Positions 13,273 to 25,600 are shown, counted from the first letter of the stretch. The stretch is 64,000 nucleotides of DNA from Octopus sinensis (GCF_006345805.1 NC_042998.1:190216001-190280000); one strand, 5' to 3'. Translations and numbers: made by a program. The notes: generated from the sequence alone by a model not told the origin.

Positions 13273-13470
13273 GTGTGTAGAAACATGTATATGTATATAT
13301 ATAAAATGTGTGTAGACAAATATATATATATAATATGTGTGTAGATACATACATAAATAAATATATATATAAAATATGTGTGTAGATACATACATAAATA
13401 TATATAAAATATGTGTGTAGATACATACATAAATATATATATATATATATATTAGTAGTATGAATTTGCA
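13230..13470. repeat. (TA)-rich block with ~33-bp higher-order unit
   Basis: atatataaaatatgtgtgtagatacatacataaat recurs about three times. Confidence 0.85.
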
Positions 13471-14079
13471 ATATATATATATTCTTGCAAGTTCATACTA
13501 ATAATAAATGTATTTACAGTAACACGAAATATAACCTGGAAAATTAAATAAAAATGTATATTTGTAAAAATAAGTTCAGGCAGGGTGGGGGAGTCAGAGG
13601 ATAAGCATTTCTTCTTAGTAATAGTAGATGTATTAATAAATAAATTAATATGAAGCTTTAATCCCAGACAAGTAGGAATAAGCTATCTTGATCGGGAATA
13701 AAAAGGCATCCAATTTGTCTAAACAACAGTAAAGGATGGAAATAGCATCAGAATAACCTGTTTGATGACAAACAAGTTATCCCAATAGAAATTTTTTTAG
13801 TAAACAAAAATAAATATTATAGTACTTAAAAAGAAAAATAAATATTAAAATATCTTTGTGAAAAACTAAACCGTTACAATGTAGAGAAAATGTGGAGTGT
13901 TGTCAAAATGAAAATTCTAACAGAAAATGATATCTCAATGCACAAGATAAAAATGAAATGTTTGTATGGGAACAAGATGAGGCATCTGCTTTGATTTACT
14001 TTAAAGAATGATGAACAGAAAAACTGGAATGGAATTGTTAACTCTTTATAGAAGAGGGCAACATTTGTTGTGAATGTGT

Positions 14080-14662
14080 GCATGTGTCTGTATGTGTGTA
14101 TATATATTTATAATGTATATAGATAGCTATGCATGTATATGTATGCACACACACACATACAAAAAAATATGCACTTTAATCACATATATCTTCCACCATA
14201 TACATCACTACATATATATATATATATATATATACATATATATGCATGCATATATATTTTGTATATACATACATACGTGTATCTATATCATACATATATC
14301 ATAAATAGTATAATCACATATATATCACCTATGTTTTATATATATATATATCTGTATAAATTTTATATATATATATAACACCATATATAATGTATATCAT
14401 ATATATCAATATATATTTCATATATATATAATACCATACACAATATATATCATATATATCAATATATATATATCATCTATTTATATATGTATCTCATATA
14501 TAAATGTTTATTTCATATATATATGTATCCACCTTATATATATATCACATCTTCATTTTTACATCCTCATTTCCATGTGTCAGATGATGTATATATGTAT
14601 CATATATCACACTCACACATATATCACCATAAATATCACCACATACAGACACATGTGTATGC

Positions 14663-14701
<39 letters not shown>

Positions 14702-14725
14702 TACATACATACATAAACACATACA
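14080..14725. repeat. Compound (TA)/(CA) low-complexity block
   Basis: Direct inspection. Confidence 0.9.
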
Positions 14726-17480
14726 CATTTATTATGTTTGTAGATATGTTTTTTGTTGCATGTATGCGTTTGTAGAAATTTTAAATACTGATCATAATTT
14801 TGGTTTTGTCTCTGAACATAAGTACAATAAAAATCACCTAGCATGGAAATAGATGCAGAATAGATTTTAAAAATGTTTTATGCACACATACCTATTAACA
14901 CACACAGACACACACACATTTTTACAGTATTTCTGTGAAATTAAAACCATAACCATCAAACAAGTGTTTGTTGTTATTAAATCTATGGTGACAACTAATT
15001 CTGGTGGAAAACAATGAAGAATGCATACAAATATATTGTTGCTACTTTGTGTTGTCATATAATATAATAAATTTCATGAGTGTAATTAAACAAGCTTAAA
15101 AGTATGAAATTTATCACAATAACAAGGGCTTTATTCTGATTTGAATACATTTAGTTTTGCAAGATGGATCATAATTGATAAAACAATTAAGCGGTTGAAT
15201 AGAATTCAACTTTGAAATAACTCAATGAAATATTTGGATGCATCTATCTACACAAACATATTCGAATTTTTTTTCTTTTTTTATCCTTGACGAAACATTT
15301 TAGTAATACTGAAAAAAGAGAAAATTAAGATTGTGTTAATTTATGAAGCCAAAGATGAATGTTTATTTTTGAATTAGGCATGGTTGTGATGTCGATAAAA
15401 TTAGGAAATGTTAGAGTTGTACACTACATATTAAATGTGACAGTCCCAAAGTAATGAAACATTTATAGCAGTTCTAGTTAAGAGAAACAATTACTGACTT
15501 TTTTTTGTTTAACATTAAAACTATGCTATATGAAACTAACAAAAGCCCTAATATGTTATCTCTATCAGTCTAAAATATTTAATGGAACACAAAATAGACA
15601 AACAAAATTAATTCAATGATTTTTTTTTTCTTCTCTTTTTTTTTTTTCTCTTTAATTTACAGTATGTGACAATAAAAATTATTGTATCAACAATTCATTT
15701 CAAAAAAAAAAAAAATCTATATTTTATTATTCTGAAATAAGATTCATTAAGTGAAACTTTATTGCAAAACAATCAGTGTAAAAGAATTTTTTTTTCTTCT
15801 TTATTTTAAAATGAATTAATTTCTAGAGATCAAAAGAAAATTGACAGAAAATATTTTACCAATGAAAAAATATCAATTTAGAAATTAATAATAGAAAGAA
15901 AATTATGAAAATATTGTAACTACACTTCTATTGTAAGTTGCTATAAACTTTTGTTAGTGCCTTGCATTTATTGTATAAAACCAGAAACAAATACTAAAAG
16001 TATTTTCCAAATAGACACTAGTATATGTCATATATATATAATTTATACCAAGACTTTATTATATCAACTAGTGGCTTTACTAGTATGAAGTAAATCTACA
16101 TCTGAAAATTTAGGCTGGGGAAAATAAAATATTGAGCAAATAGAATAAGATTATAAAGCAAATAGCCAAATGAAAATATTTTCTCCCCGAAACTTGTTTT
16201 CGATAGACTACTTAATTTTGTTTGTTTATAACAAAGTATAAATATAAAAATGAATAATGAAAAATATAAATGAAACATAAAGTGATATTAATCTAAAATG
16301 ATCACAGATTAGACAACCTAATTAGACTATAATCTGACAATTTACCACTTTAATATACCATGTTAGTTGCATATTCAGAATCAAAATTTGCTAACAGAAA
16401 AAGAAAAAATAATCAATTTTCCTGGAAAACTTAAAAAAAAAGATTAAAGTGTTTAAAGGAAGGGATGTATATTCTTTAAAAAAAAATTAGAGAACTGATA
16501 TCAATATAGTTATTAATTTTTAAAAAAATATTAAGTAATCACATTTTGTAAATTCTTAAAAAAAAATAACAATAATAACAATCATTTACTGTGTTTCCAC
16601 TAAAAGAGTTGCTTGGGATATCCACTTCCAGATATGCAAAGGTTTATATAAAATAAAGGCAATTCACTGTGGATCAACTGGGAATAATTTGACTACTTTT
16701 CACACAAAAAAATGTCACAAGTCGAAATTAAACACCACGTCAAGTAAAGTGGAAGAAATTATCCTGTTTTTCTGGCTTTCTTTCCAATAATTTCAGGATA
16801 ATTATTTCTGACAGATTTCCTTTTTTTTTTTTTTAAATTAAAAAAATAAAATATATAGCCTGAAGCTCTTGGAAAATCCAAACTAACAATGGCAACCCAT
16901 TTTTACACAAAAGTATAGAAAAACCTTCAAGTAGCTACAAAATATGACATCTTCAAAATAACAAGGTTGTATTACTAACTAACTTTAGATGACTAAGTAT
17001 AAGTAGTTAAAAAATTGTTATCCTAGTATATTATGAATGCATTATTACATTAGTATATTATAATTGTAAAGATATTTGCAGTGAAGTGATACTAATTATT
17101 ATAAGCACCAATTCAAGAAAGTAGGGCAGAGGCTGTTTATGTCTTCTTTTCAAATTCCAGCACATTTTGTTTAATATCACCTCATGTTAGTATATTTCTA
17201 AAATAAAAAATTACTTTTTAAATTAAATATACAGATTTAAGAAAGCTACCATTTCTTAATCATATACCTTTATTTATTTTAGTACAATTACTGTACAAAA
17301 TTTACTTAATAATTAGACATTTTAATAAACTCAAACCTGGCTACGTTTAAAGAAGACACAACACATATAGATGTTTAATATACATTTGCACGAAGTTTTG
17401 CTTTATACACACATACAAACATAGATATACACGTACACACATACATATATGTAGACACATACACATAATTATACAGTCAT

Positions 17481-17577
17481 ATATATAGATAGATATTTTT
17501 ATATACATATGCATATATACATAGATATTTTATATACAATGCATATATACATAGATATTTTATATACAATGCATATA
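17481..17577. repeat. 30-bp tandem repeat x3
   Basis: ATATATACATAGATATTTTATATACAATGC-like units; source of the MHIYIDILYT repeat ORF. Confidence 0.8.
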
Positions 17578-20439
17578 CAGGTACTTTGGTATATGAATAC
17601 ATATATAGTTTTACATATGTATGCATATATGCAAATAGATATTTTTATACTTGTATATAGGTATTTATATACATATATGCATAAATGTATATGAATACTT
17701 AGATATTTGTATACCTATATATAAATAGTTCCCGACACATATATACATAAACATATAAAGATATTGTTATATCTAATATTTCCATACATGTATACATATA
17801 TTCATATAGATAGTTTTATACCTGCACATAGATATATATATATATAAAACATACACAGTAAAAAAAAAAGCGTTCAATATTTGATTAACCAGCTGACAAA
17901 ATGTCGGTTAAATAGAAACATAAAAACATGTTTAATAAAATAATGGGTCCAACTTTCGTTTCTATAACTCATCTTGCCTTGTAAAAGTAGGATATCAACA
18001 GAATGTGTTTTAAAAGTTTGGTAATATTTGTTGGTGCTTTTACAGAATATATACCATAGATATTCTGTAACCCGTTCCTGTTCTAGTTGAGTTTAATTTT
18101 TGTGTATATGTTTGTCTACGCATACATACAAGAGGTAAAAGTGTGTGTATGCCAATAAAGATGTACCACAGATATTATTACCATCATCATCTGTGACAGT
18201 ACTTCTTGGAATTCATAAACATATCTATACAGATATGCATATGAATAGCAATATCTCAAATTCAAGGTAGATATAAGCATAATCTGTACTTATTTATTTT
18301 AAATGTGCATGTGTGGGGGTAGGGGGAAATAATCTTTATTACTGTATAAGTCCTTCCTTTTTTTTTTTTTAAAATGGAAATTTCATTTAAAAACAAAAAC
18401 ATTAAATATAGGTAGAGAAATTACAGTATTTAACAACAATAAATTCCCTTGATCAAACAATGAAAGAAAACCACCTGCATTTAAAGAATTTAGATTATAA
18501 AAAGAAAAAAAGTAATATATGTGTGTGCATGTGTTGTATGTGTATGTAGGAGAGAGAGAGAGAGAGAAAAGGAGAGAGAAATTAATTTAAATTTAATAAA
18601 GAAATTAAATCTAAGGTTTTTGTAAACTAAAAAATAAATGCCAGGAAAATTCTCTGTAAACAAATTCAAAGTGAATAGTTCCTCAGAGTGTACAACTTTC
18701 CAAAGTTTTCCAACTGAGAAGAGATTTGTGAACAGTACTGAGAAGGGAGGTAACAACATCCAGTTATTAATTCACAATATTTACAATGAAATCACAACAA
18801 TTTCAATTACTTTCCACCCAAAAAAAAAAACTAATTTGCATCAAAGTTTACAGAAATATTGATTAGTATTAATTGGCTTACAGAAATACTGAGTAAGATT
18901 AGAAGTAGCATCTACAAGTAACACTATGTTTCTGCATGTGTATGTGTATATATATATGTGTATATATATATATATACATATATATATTGCATACAAACAC
19001 AATCACACATATATATATATATCTATGACTTAACTAACTACCACATCTCCACAATTAACAATAGCATTAGGAAGAAAACACTTCATATTGTGTTTTAACA
19101 ATAACTACATCTTCTCTCATGCACACGCATATATACACACACACACACACACTGTTTCTCCATCTCCCTCTTTCATTCATTCTTCTGCTTCTTCGCACCA
19201 ATACTTTATTTCTCCCTTTTTCCACATCACATACATCGATATATCTAATAGGATTTTGTTTATTTACTATCTAGTAAAAACAATAAGCTACATATAACAG
19301 TTATTATTGCTCAAAATGGTAGTGGTCCTGTAAGTGGAATACCATTAGGAATGCCAGAAGAGAAAACTAAATTTCTCTCAAAACCTAATAGTTTCATTCA
19401 TTGTCAAACAATTATCAAAACTTAACCACACCAAACAAATGTCATTAGCACATTTCTTTTTTTTAATAATTAAAATTCCATTTTTAAATAATGTTTATTA
19501 TTTTTTTCCATCTTTTAAATATATTATAATTTTAGATAAACCATTACCGCATCTAAAATATCATTTTATAATATATTAAAATTATTTGGGCAATTTAATA
19601 GTAATCGTAGTGGATCAGTCATGTCGAACAAAACAAGCCTTACTGAAGAATTTAGAATTTATTGTTAATTCCTTGCTTGATAAACACCAATAAAAGTTTA
19701 GTTGAGTATTGACTGGTTGTCAATTAAAATTTAGAGCTTTGGTGTTTTGGAAGGCTAATTACTAGTGCCCATCAATAAAACATGACCTTATTTATATTTG
19801 CACTATTTGCAGCGAATTGACAATGTTTTTAAAACCAACTAAGTCTCTAAAAATGTTAGTGGTCACAAAAAAAGAAATGTTCATAAACTATAAATTTGTT
19901 TATTTCAGTACACTTTATTTTTTACATTTTGTTATAAAAAAATACTGTTTTTTTTCCCTAATGTGTGTAACTGCCTAATTAGATCATAAAATTGTAACGA
20001 GCAGTTTTGCTAAAGGAATACACACCATGTATGGTTTCCAATAATAATAATAATAGTACTAATAATAATAACAATAACAATATAACAGCAATAACAGAAT
20101 CACTTTGTGTAGATTTCCTTTAGCGTTTCATTTTATGATTGGTATTTTAGTCGTAATTATCATTATTATTATTATTTATTATTAGTGATAATGTTCATTG
20201 AACAGTGACCATAATTAAACATTTGTAATTAAGAAATTTTTTGTTAGTGGTATTAATTGCAATGACAATGGGAAGTGCTGCTACTGCTGCAAATAGTTCT
20301 GTTTTCGTCCATTCCTCAAAAGTTATCTTAATCTTCAAATCATTGTTTCTAGGGGAATATATGAGTGTTTGATCTAGCTGCAATATGTACTTAATGCACA
20401 TCTCTGTGTGTCTCTTTCTCTCTGGCACAGTTCCCATGA

Positions 20440-20506
20440 TCACTGAGGACGCTGTGGCATCGATGGTCGCTCAGGGATCCTGGGTGGAATACTAGGGATT
20501 GGGCGA
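20440..20506 (-). CDS. DNM1: Dynamin terminal coding exon: (L)RPIPSIPPRIPERPSMPQRPQ*
   Basis: Acceptor ttctttaatttcag|T in phase 2 matches the previous donor. Pro/Arg-rich with PxxPxR motifs; TGA at 20440-20442. Too short to appear on the ORF track. Confidence 0.88.
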
Positions 20507-20689
20507 CTGAAATTAAAGAAATCAAAAAAAGTAGATCAATATATAAAGAAACAAAGATCAATTTAGAATCAGATTACAATAAACGTAGAATACCTTTACA
20601 AGGAGAATTAACAAAATTACAGGAATTATTAAAATGAAGTCTGCACAAAGATTATTCAACTGGACCCAGTTATAGGACTTATAATGTAG

Positions 20690-21057
20690 ACTAGCACTAT
20701 GACCCGGCGTTGCTGGGTCATAGTGCTAGTGCATGCATATACAGCTGCGTGCATACGCACATACATGCGAATACTGTCCAAATCTCCGACCAAACACATA
20801 CAGCTAGCTGGCATTCAATTGGCGTATCAAGTGTCAGGCATTTTGATTGGGTTTGGGATAGAAAATTCACAAAAAAGTCACTTCTATTGATTTTTTAATG
20901 GCTTTGCGGGGTGACAGGGGAAATGTAAAGATGTGCACGACCACCCTTGGACGGTTTTGAATGACCATAGACAGTGCGAGCCCTCTAACTGAAAAATTGT
21001 GGATTTGTATAAAGGACACACACACACAGACATTTTGCCGTTTATATATAGAGAGAT
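20690..21057 (+). mobile_element. Non-autonomous Helitron/Helentron-like element with 5' hairpin, copy 1
   Basis: Starts ACTAGC with a 16-bp stem (ACTAGCACTATGACCC/GGGTCATAGTGCTAGT); ends acacagaca..ttttatatatagagat. About 90% similar to 36731-37119. Class assignment rests on terminal motifs only. Confidence 0.6.
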
Positions 21058-21462
21058 ATAAAATGACAAAAATGTAAACTGCAAAGAAAAATGTGAAAGA
21101 AACTAAAGAGAACTGAACAGAGTGTTCTTTGTAGAGTGGGCAGTGGGGATTGGAAGCAAAAGGTTTGGAACCTGATTACATCCCTTTATGGACTAGAACT
21201 TCCATTACCCCAGGCCAATGAGAGAATCTCTAATTGGTTAGGTCAGCCTGCTAGAAATAGCAGTTGAATCTCCCTCAAGACAAACCATGCCATCTTTGAA
21301 AAAGGAAAAACATTGGACAATCCAGTGCAGGTTATGCAAAAAGGATGGGATGGGCATCTTTGATCAGCAGTCTTCATAGGCTATGAGTAACATACACCAA
21401 CCTCTTAACACATGAAGAAAATGTACAGCACAGTTTGAGAGTAAGAGAACTCTACATTATTT

Positions 21463-21828
21463 ACATTATTTACATTTGACGGATAATTGTCATCTTGTTT
21501 GTTTTTAGCACATTTCAGCTGATATACTCTCCTGCCTTCATCAGGTATCTTGGGAAAATTTTGAACCTGGGTTCTCATTCCTAAGGTATTTTTCCATGTT
21601 ATTATTATTATTATTATTATTATTCAATTGAACTCAGAATCTTGGGGTTAGTAGCCCGCGCTCTTAATAATAATAATGATAATAATAATATCGAAAAATA
21701 CCTTAGGAATGAGAACCCAGGTTTGAAATTTCCCCAAGACACCTGATGAAGGCAGGAGGGTATATCAGCCAAAATGTTGTGTTAACAACAAACAAGAAGA
21801 GGACAAATATCCATCAAATGTAAATAAT
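21463..21828. repeat. Inverted repeat, ~160-nt arms with ~40-nt spacer; Penelope-like terminal repeat carrying hammerhead-like cores
   Basis: Arms are roughly 85-90% complementary by eye; each contains CTGATGA-A-GGCAG..CAGC(C/T)-(G/A)AAA. Confidence 0.7.
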
Positions 21829-22531
21829 TCCTCATCTCTTAAATATAGAAGAGAACTCTAGTTTAAAACAAATATGCTATTTTAAATTGTAAAAAAAACT
21901 TTGAGGGATTTAGTTTAATATAAGTGAAAGGAATGGAAAAACTGGTGATCAAGGACAGAGATTCTGATTGTGTGTGTGTGTGTGTATGCGTGCAAGTACA
22001 TGTTCATAATTGTGGTGAGTTGATGAGCAAAGGTTTCCTAACCATTCAAATAGCTTTTTTTAATATAGTTTAGAATGTATTTATGCAACAGTTCCTGTAC
22101 CTCAGAAGTGTTGGGACTATTCTCTAATGTATTGTACACTTACTCTTTACAATTCAACAGATGTTCAGACTCTGAAAAAGAAGGCCTAGGCTTCTACTAA
22201 TGCTGTTTTGACAATAGGTTTTTTTGGGGGTTTTTTTCTGGCTAAAGGAAAATGGTTGAGCCAGTTACCTCCCTAGGGCCTGAGTAGATTACAGAGGACC
22301 AGCTATCTAGGACGGGAGGGAGAACCAGTCATAACAGTAAGTGTAAGGATTGTAGAAAGAGGGTAAAAAAAAAATGGGTGTTAAGAGGAAAGAGGAGTTA
22401 GTTGGAATGCTTGAATAAAGGTGGCATGAGAACAACCAACTCCAAAGAGCAAAGGCCACTTTGTAGAAAAGGGGGTTTTGGCTGGATTTAACAGTGAATG
22501 AAAATGAAAGTAGAAAGTATAAATTACTTAC

Positions 22532-22690
22532 AGAGGCTGACTTGACATGTGCATAGCAGCCTGTGGAGCATCAGGAGCTGGTCTACTTGGGACCTTTGGT
22601 GCAGGTCTACTTGGAATAGATGGCGTAGGTACTGGCCTAGAAGGTGGCATTGGCGGCCCACGAGGTCTGCTTGGTCCAGGTGAAGAAGGC
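22532..22690 (-). CDS. DNM1: Dynamin exon, proline-rich domain: (R)PSSPGPSRPRGPPMPPSRPVPTPSIPSRPAPKVPSRPAPDAPQAAMHMSSQP(L)
   Basis: Acceptor ttttctttag|G, donor CTCT|gtaagt, 159 nt, phase 2 to 2. Repeated PxxP/PSRP SH3-ligand motifs; overlaps ORF 22528..22785. Confidence 0.93.
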
Positions 22691-23181
22691 CTAAAGAAAA
22701 GGATTATAAGTTTTGTAAAGCAACAGATTTTGTGGAACAAGAATTCAATGATTGAGAAAAGGAAAAAAATAATACAAGTCACCAATGGTTAAATCTGACC
22801 TAAATTAAAACAAATAAAAATTGATCAATTATATTTTTGGGGGTAGATGAGGGAGCGTTTCAAATAAAAGACATGTTATTTGAGCATAATTACATATATT
22901 ACAGCAGAAATACATATTCTAAAACTCATACAAGTAGTAACTATCAAAGATATAAATCAACATTTCTGATTGTTGTGACATACATAATTACTCTCATATT
23001 CAACAGCCTGAACAGCAAAATATGACTGTCAATCAGTAAACAAGCATGAACTGTAAGCATTTTGTTCATAGACCATTTAAGCTTCACCTTTCATTTTAAC
23101 CCTTTTCAAACCAAACCCATCAAAAACCAACTCTAGTTCTATGATACAAAACTGCTCACTTTTAAATGTTCACATTATATA

Positions 23182-23380
23182 ATTTCAAATTTTGGTACAA
23201 GGCCATTACGTAATTTGATTTCAAATTTTGGTACAAGGCCATTATATAATTTGATTTCAAATTTTGGTACAAGGCCATTACATAATTTGATTTCAAATTT
23301 TGGTACAAGGCCATTACATAATTTGATTTCAAATTTTGGTACAAGGCCATTACATAATTTGATTTCAAATTTTGGTACAA
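23182..23380. repeat. 36-bp minisatellite, ~5.5 copies
   Basis: Unit AATTTGATTTCAAATTTTGGTACAAGGCCATTACAT; no spacers. Confidence 0.95.
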
Positions 23381-23384
23381 TTTT

Positions 23385-23660
23385 CGGGTAGGGGCAAGTC
23401 GATTAAATCAACCCCAGTATTCAACTGGTAGTTATTTTATAAGCCCCCAAAAGGATGAAAGGCAAAGTCAATCTCAGCAGAATCTGAACTCAGAGTGCCG
23501 CCTTGACCGGCTTCCGTGCCGGTGGCACGTAAAAAGCACCATCTATACATGGCTGATGCCAGCGCCGCCTTGACTGGCTTCCGTGCCGGTGGCACATAAA
23601 AAACGTAAAGATGGATGAAATGTCGCTAAGCAGTTTTCCCAGTGTGCAAACAATTCATCA
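23385..23660 (-). mobile_element. SINE family B with a foreign insert at 23495-23601
   Basis: gaactcaga|insert|aacgtaaag. Confidence 0.6.
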
Positions 23661-24629
23661 TACTTTACTGAAAACATTATAACGCTGACTTCCAAACAGT
23701 GACTTAATATACAAATTAATGAGAAAATTAGCTGTGTTACTAAATCCCTCTAAATTCTCCGTTATTTTTAAAAGCCACTGAAACACAATTGTATATTTCT
23801 TTAGAAATGTGATTATGAATAATTCAAGAATATCTTAAAAAATTAATTTTGGTCAGTGATAGAGATACAAATAGAACCGTAATTCTCCCTCACTCTGCAT
23901 TAACAAATGATGTGGGTGTAATATGCTGCTAAACTTACAACAGTCTGTTTACCAGTAATTAGGTTTCAAGAAAATCTAACAGAGGCAATAAATCTACTGA
24001 GAACCTACTTAACAGTACAGAATTTTATTTAAAACTACTGCTACAGATGGTATTACTATTAGATCTAGTCCTACTACTATTACTACACCTACAAGCTACA
24101 GAAGGAGCCTCTACATGGTCACATGAACAGCTGAAAATAGCAGCCAAATCTCTCTCCAGTTATACCTGATCATCTTAGAAAAGGAGGATACATTGGATCA
24201 TATGATCTTGTGTGTACTGTGCTTAAGAAAAGGAAGTGATGGTCATGGCTGGAACACCTTTAACCATAAGTCTCCTTAATTAAGTCTAACCTGGAGTTAC
24301 ACAACAAGAACAATTATTGTACAATAATTGTTATACAAAATGGGTTTTTTTTTATTATTACAATATTTAGGTACCATATCAAACTAGTGTGGTTGAGATG
24401 TGTAATACAGGACTTGTCTATTACACCAAAAAAAACAAAACTAATAAGCTAACCAGCTAATAAGCTATTTGAAACTGTCTCAGATGTCAAAGGCAGAAAC
24501 AAAGGATATAAAGAAACACACAACGGATTATAAGTAAATCTTGAAACTAGACTAATAGGTAAATTGCTAAAGGAACTGGAATATTTTAAATGGTAGCTAT
24601 AGGCATTTTATGTGTTCAGATTAGCTTAC

Positions 24630-24656
24630 ATGCTGGAATGACTCGGAGAACTCTCG
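24630..24656 (-). CDS. Candidate 27-nt cassette microexon of dynamin: (S)ESSPSHSS(M)
   Basis: tttgcctgtttaatatttcttttttccag|CGAGAG...CAGCAT|gtaagc. Symmetric phase 2, no stop, Ser/Pro-rich like the adjoining PRD, two CpGs in AT-rich surroundings. Confidence 0.62.
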
Positions 24657-25374
24657 CTGGAAAAAAGAAATATTAAACAGGCAAACATTTAAAACCATGT
24701 CTAACAATGAGGAAGGCTCAAAAGAAGTGGTAAGAAAACTGAATACAGTAAACGATTAGGCTGAATTTCATTAAGTTTGTACCAGTAAATCTGCAATTTT
24801 TTTTTTTTGTATTCTATGATAGCCACTAAGCACATAGATGTTTGCCATCAGATGTGAAGAATTAAAAAAGGAGCAACTTGTTTCTACATTGTTGCACCGT
24901 CAACCTACATTAAAGAAATTCAAAGCAAATTGCAGATATTGCAATTCTATAAAACATTTCCCCTATTTTCCTGGCACAGATCAAACAATTTTTCCCATTG
25001 CTGGTATAAGTGGTTTTTTAGGCATCCCCTGACTTTGCCTTTTTTTTTTTTTTTTTTGTTTAAGATGAACATTTTTGTTTGAGTAAAGGAAAAGGTACAC
25101 TGACTCTTGAAAGTGCCCTTGACTGGTAATGTTGAAGTTGACATTCAGTTAATATTTTTGTGGGGTCATATCAGTAGAGAAAACAGGAGAGAGATCCACA
25201 GGTTTATAATGGTTTGCGTGAAGTGCTTGGTACAGACTTTTGCCAGGTGAAATAATTAGAGTAATTAGAAGAAGAAAGGTAAGTAGGTCTGATCTTACAG
25301 TTTGCCAGCTTAGACCAAAAAAATTATTGTCATATTAAGAAAAAACACAAGAGGCAGTCTAGTACCTATTTCTT

Positions 25375-25600
25375 TACTACCCACTAGGGGCTAAACACAG
25401 AGAGGACAAACAAGGACAGACAAATGGATTAAGTCGATTATATCGACCCCAGTGCGTAACTGGTACTTAGTTTATCAACCCCGAAAGAATGAAAGGCAAA
25501 ATCGACATCGGCGGAATTTGAACTCAGAACGTAACGGCAGACGAAATACAGCTACGCATTTCGCCCGGCGTACTAACGTTTCTGCCAGCTCGCTGCCTTC
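25375..25600 (-). mobile_element. SINE family B, full length
   Basis: Reverse complement of the 3894 element. Confidence 0.8.

Larger units (their letters stand above)
10745..20439 (-). other. Putative very long dynamin 3'UTR (up to ~9.7 kb)
   Basis: Follows the stop codon, U-rich on the minus strand, and free of the SINEs that pepper the rest of the window. Minus-strand AATAAA at 19914-19919, 15758-15763, 11764-11769 and 10763-10768. The true end is unknown. Confidence 0.5.

Noticed and set aside
23162-23380. 36-bp direct repeats suggestive of a CRISPR array or repeat protein
   Set aside because: Units are contiguous with no spacers, eukaryotic context, derived from SINE sequence.
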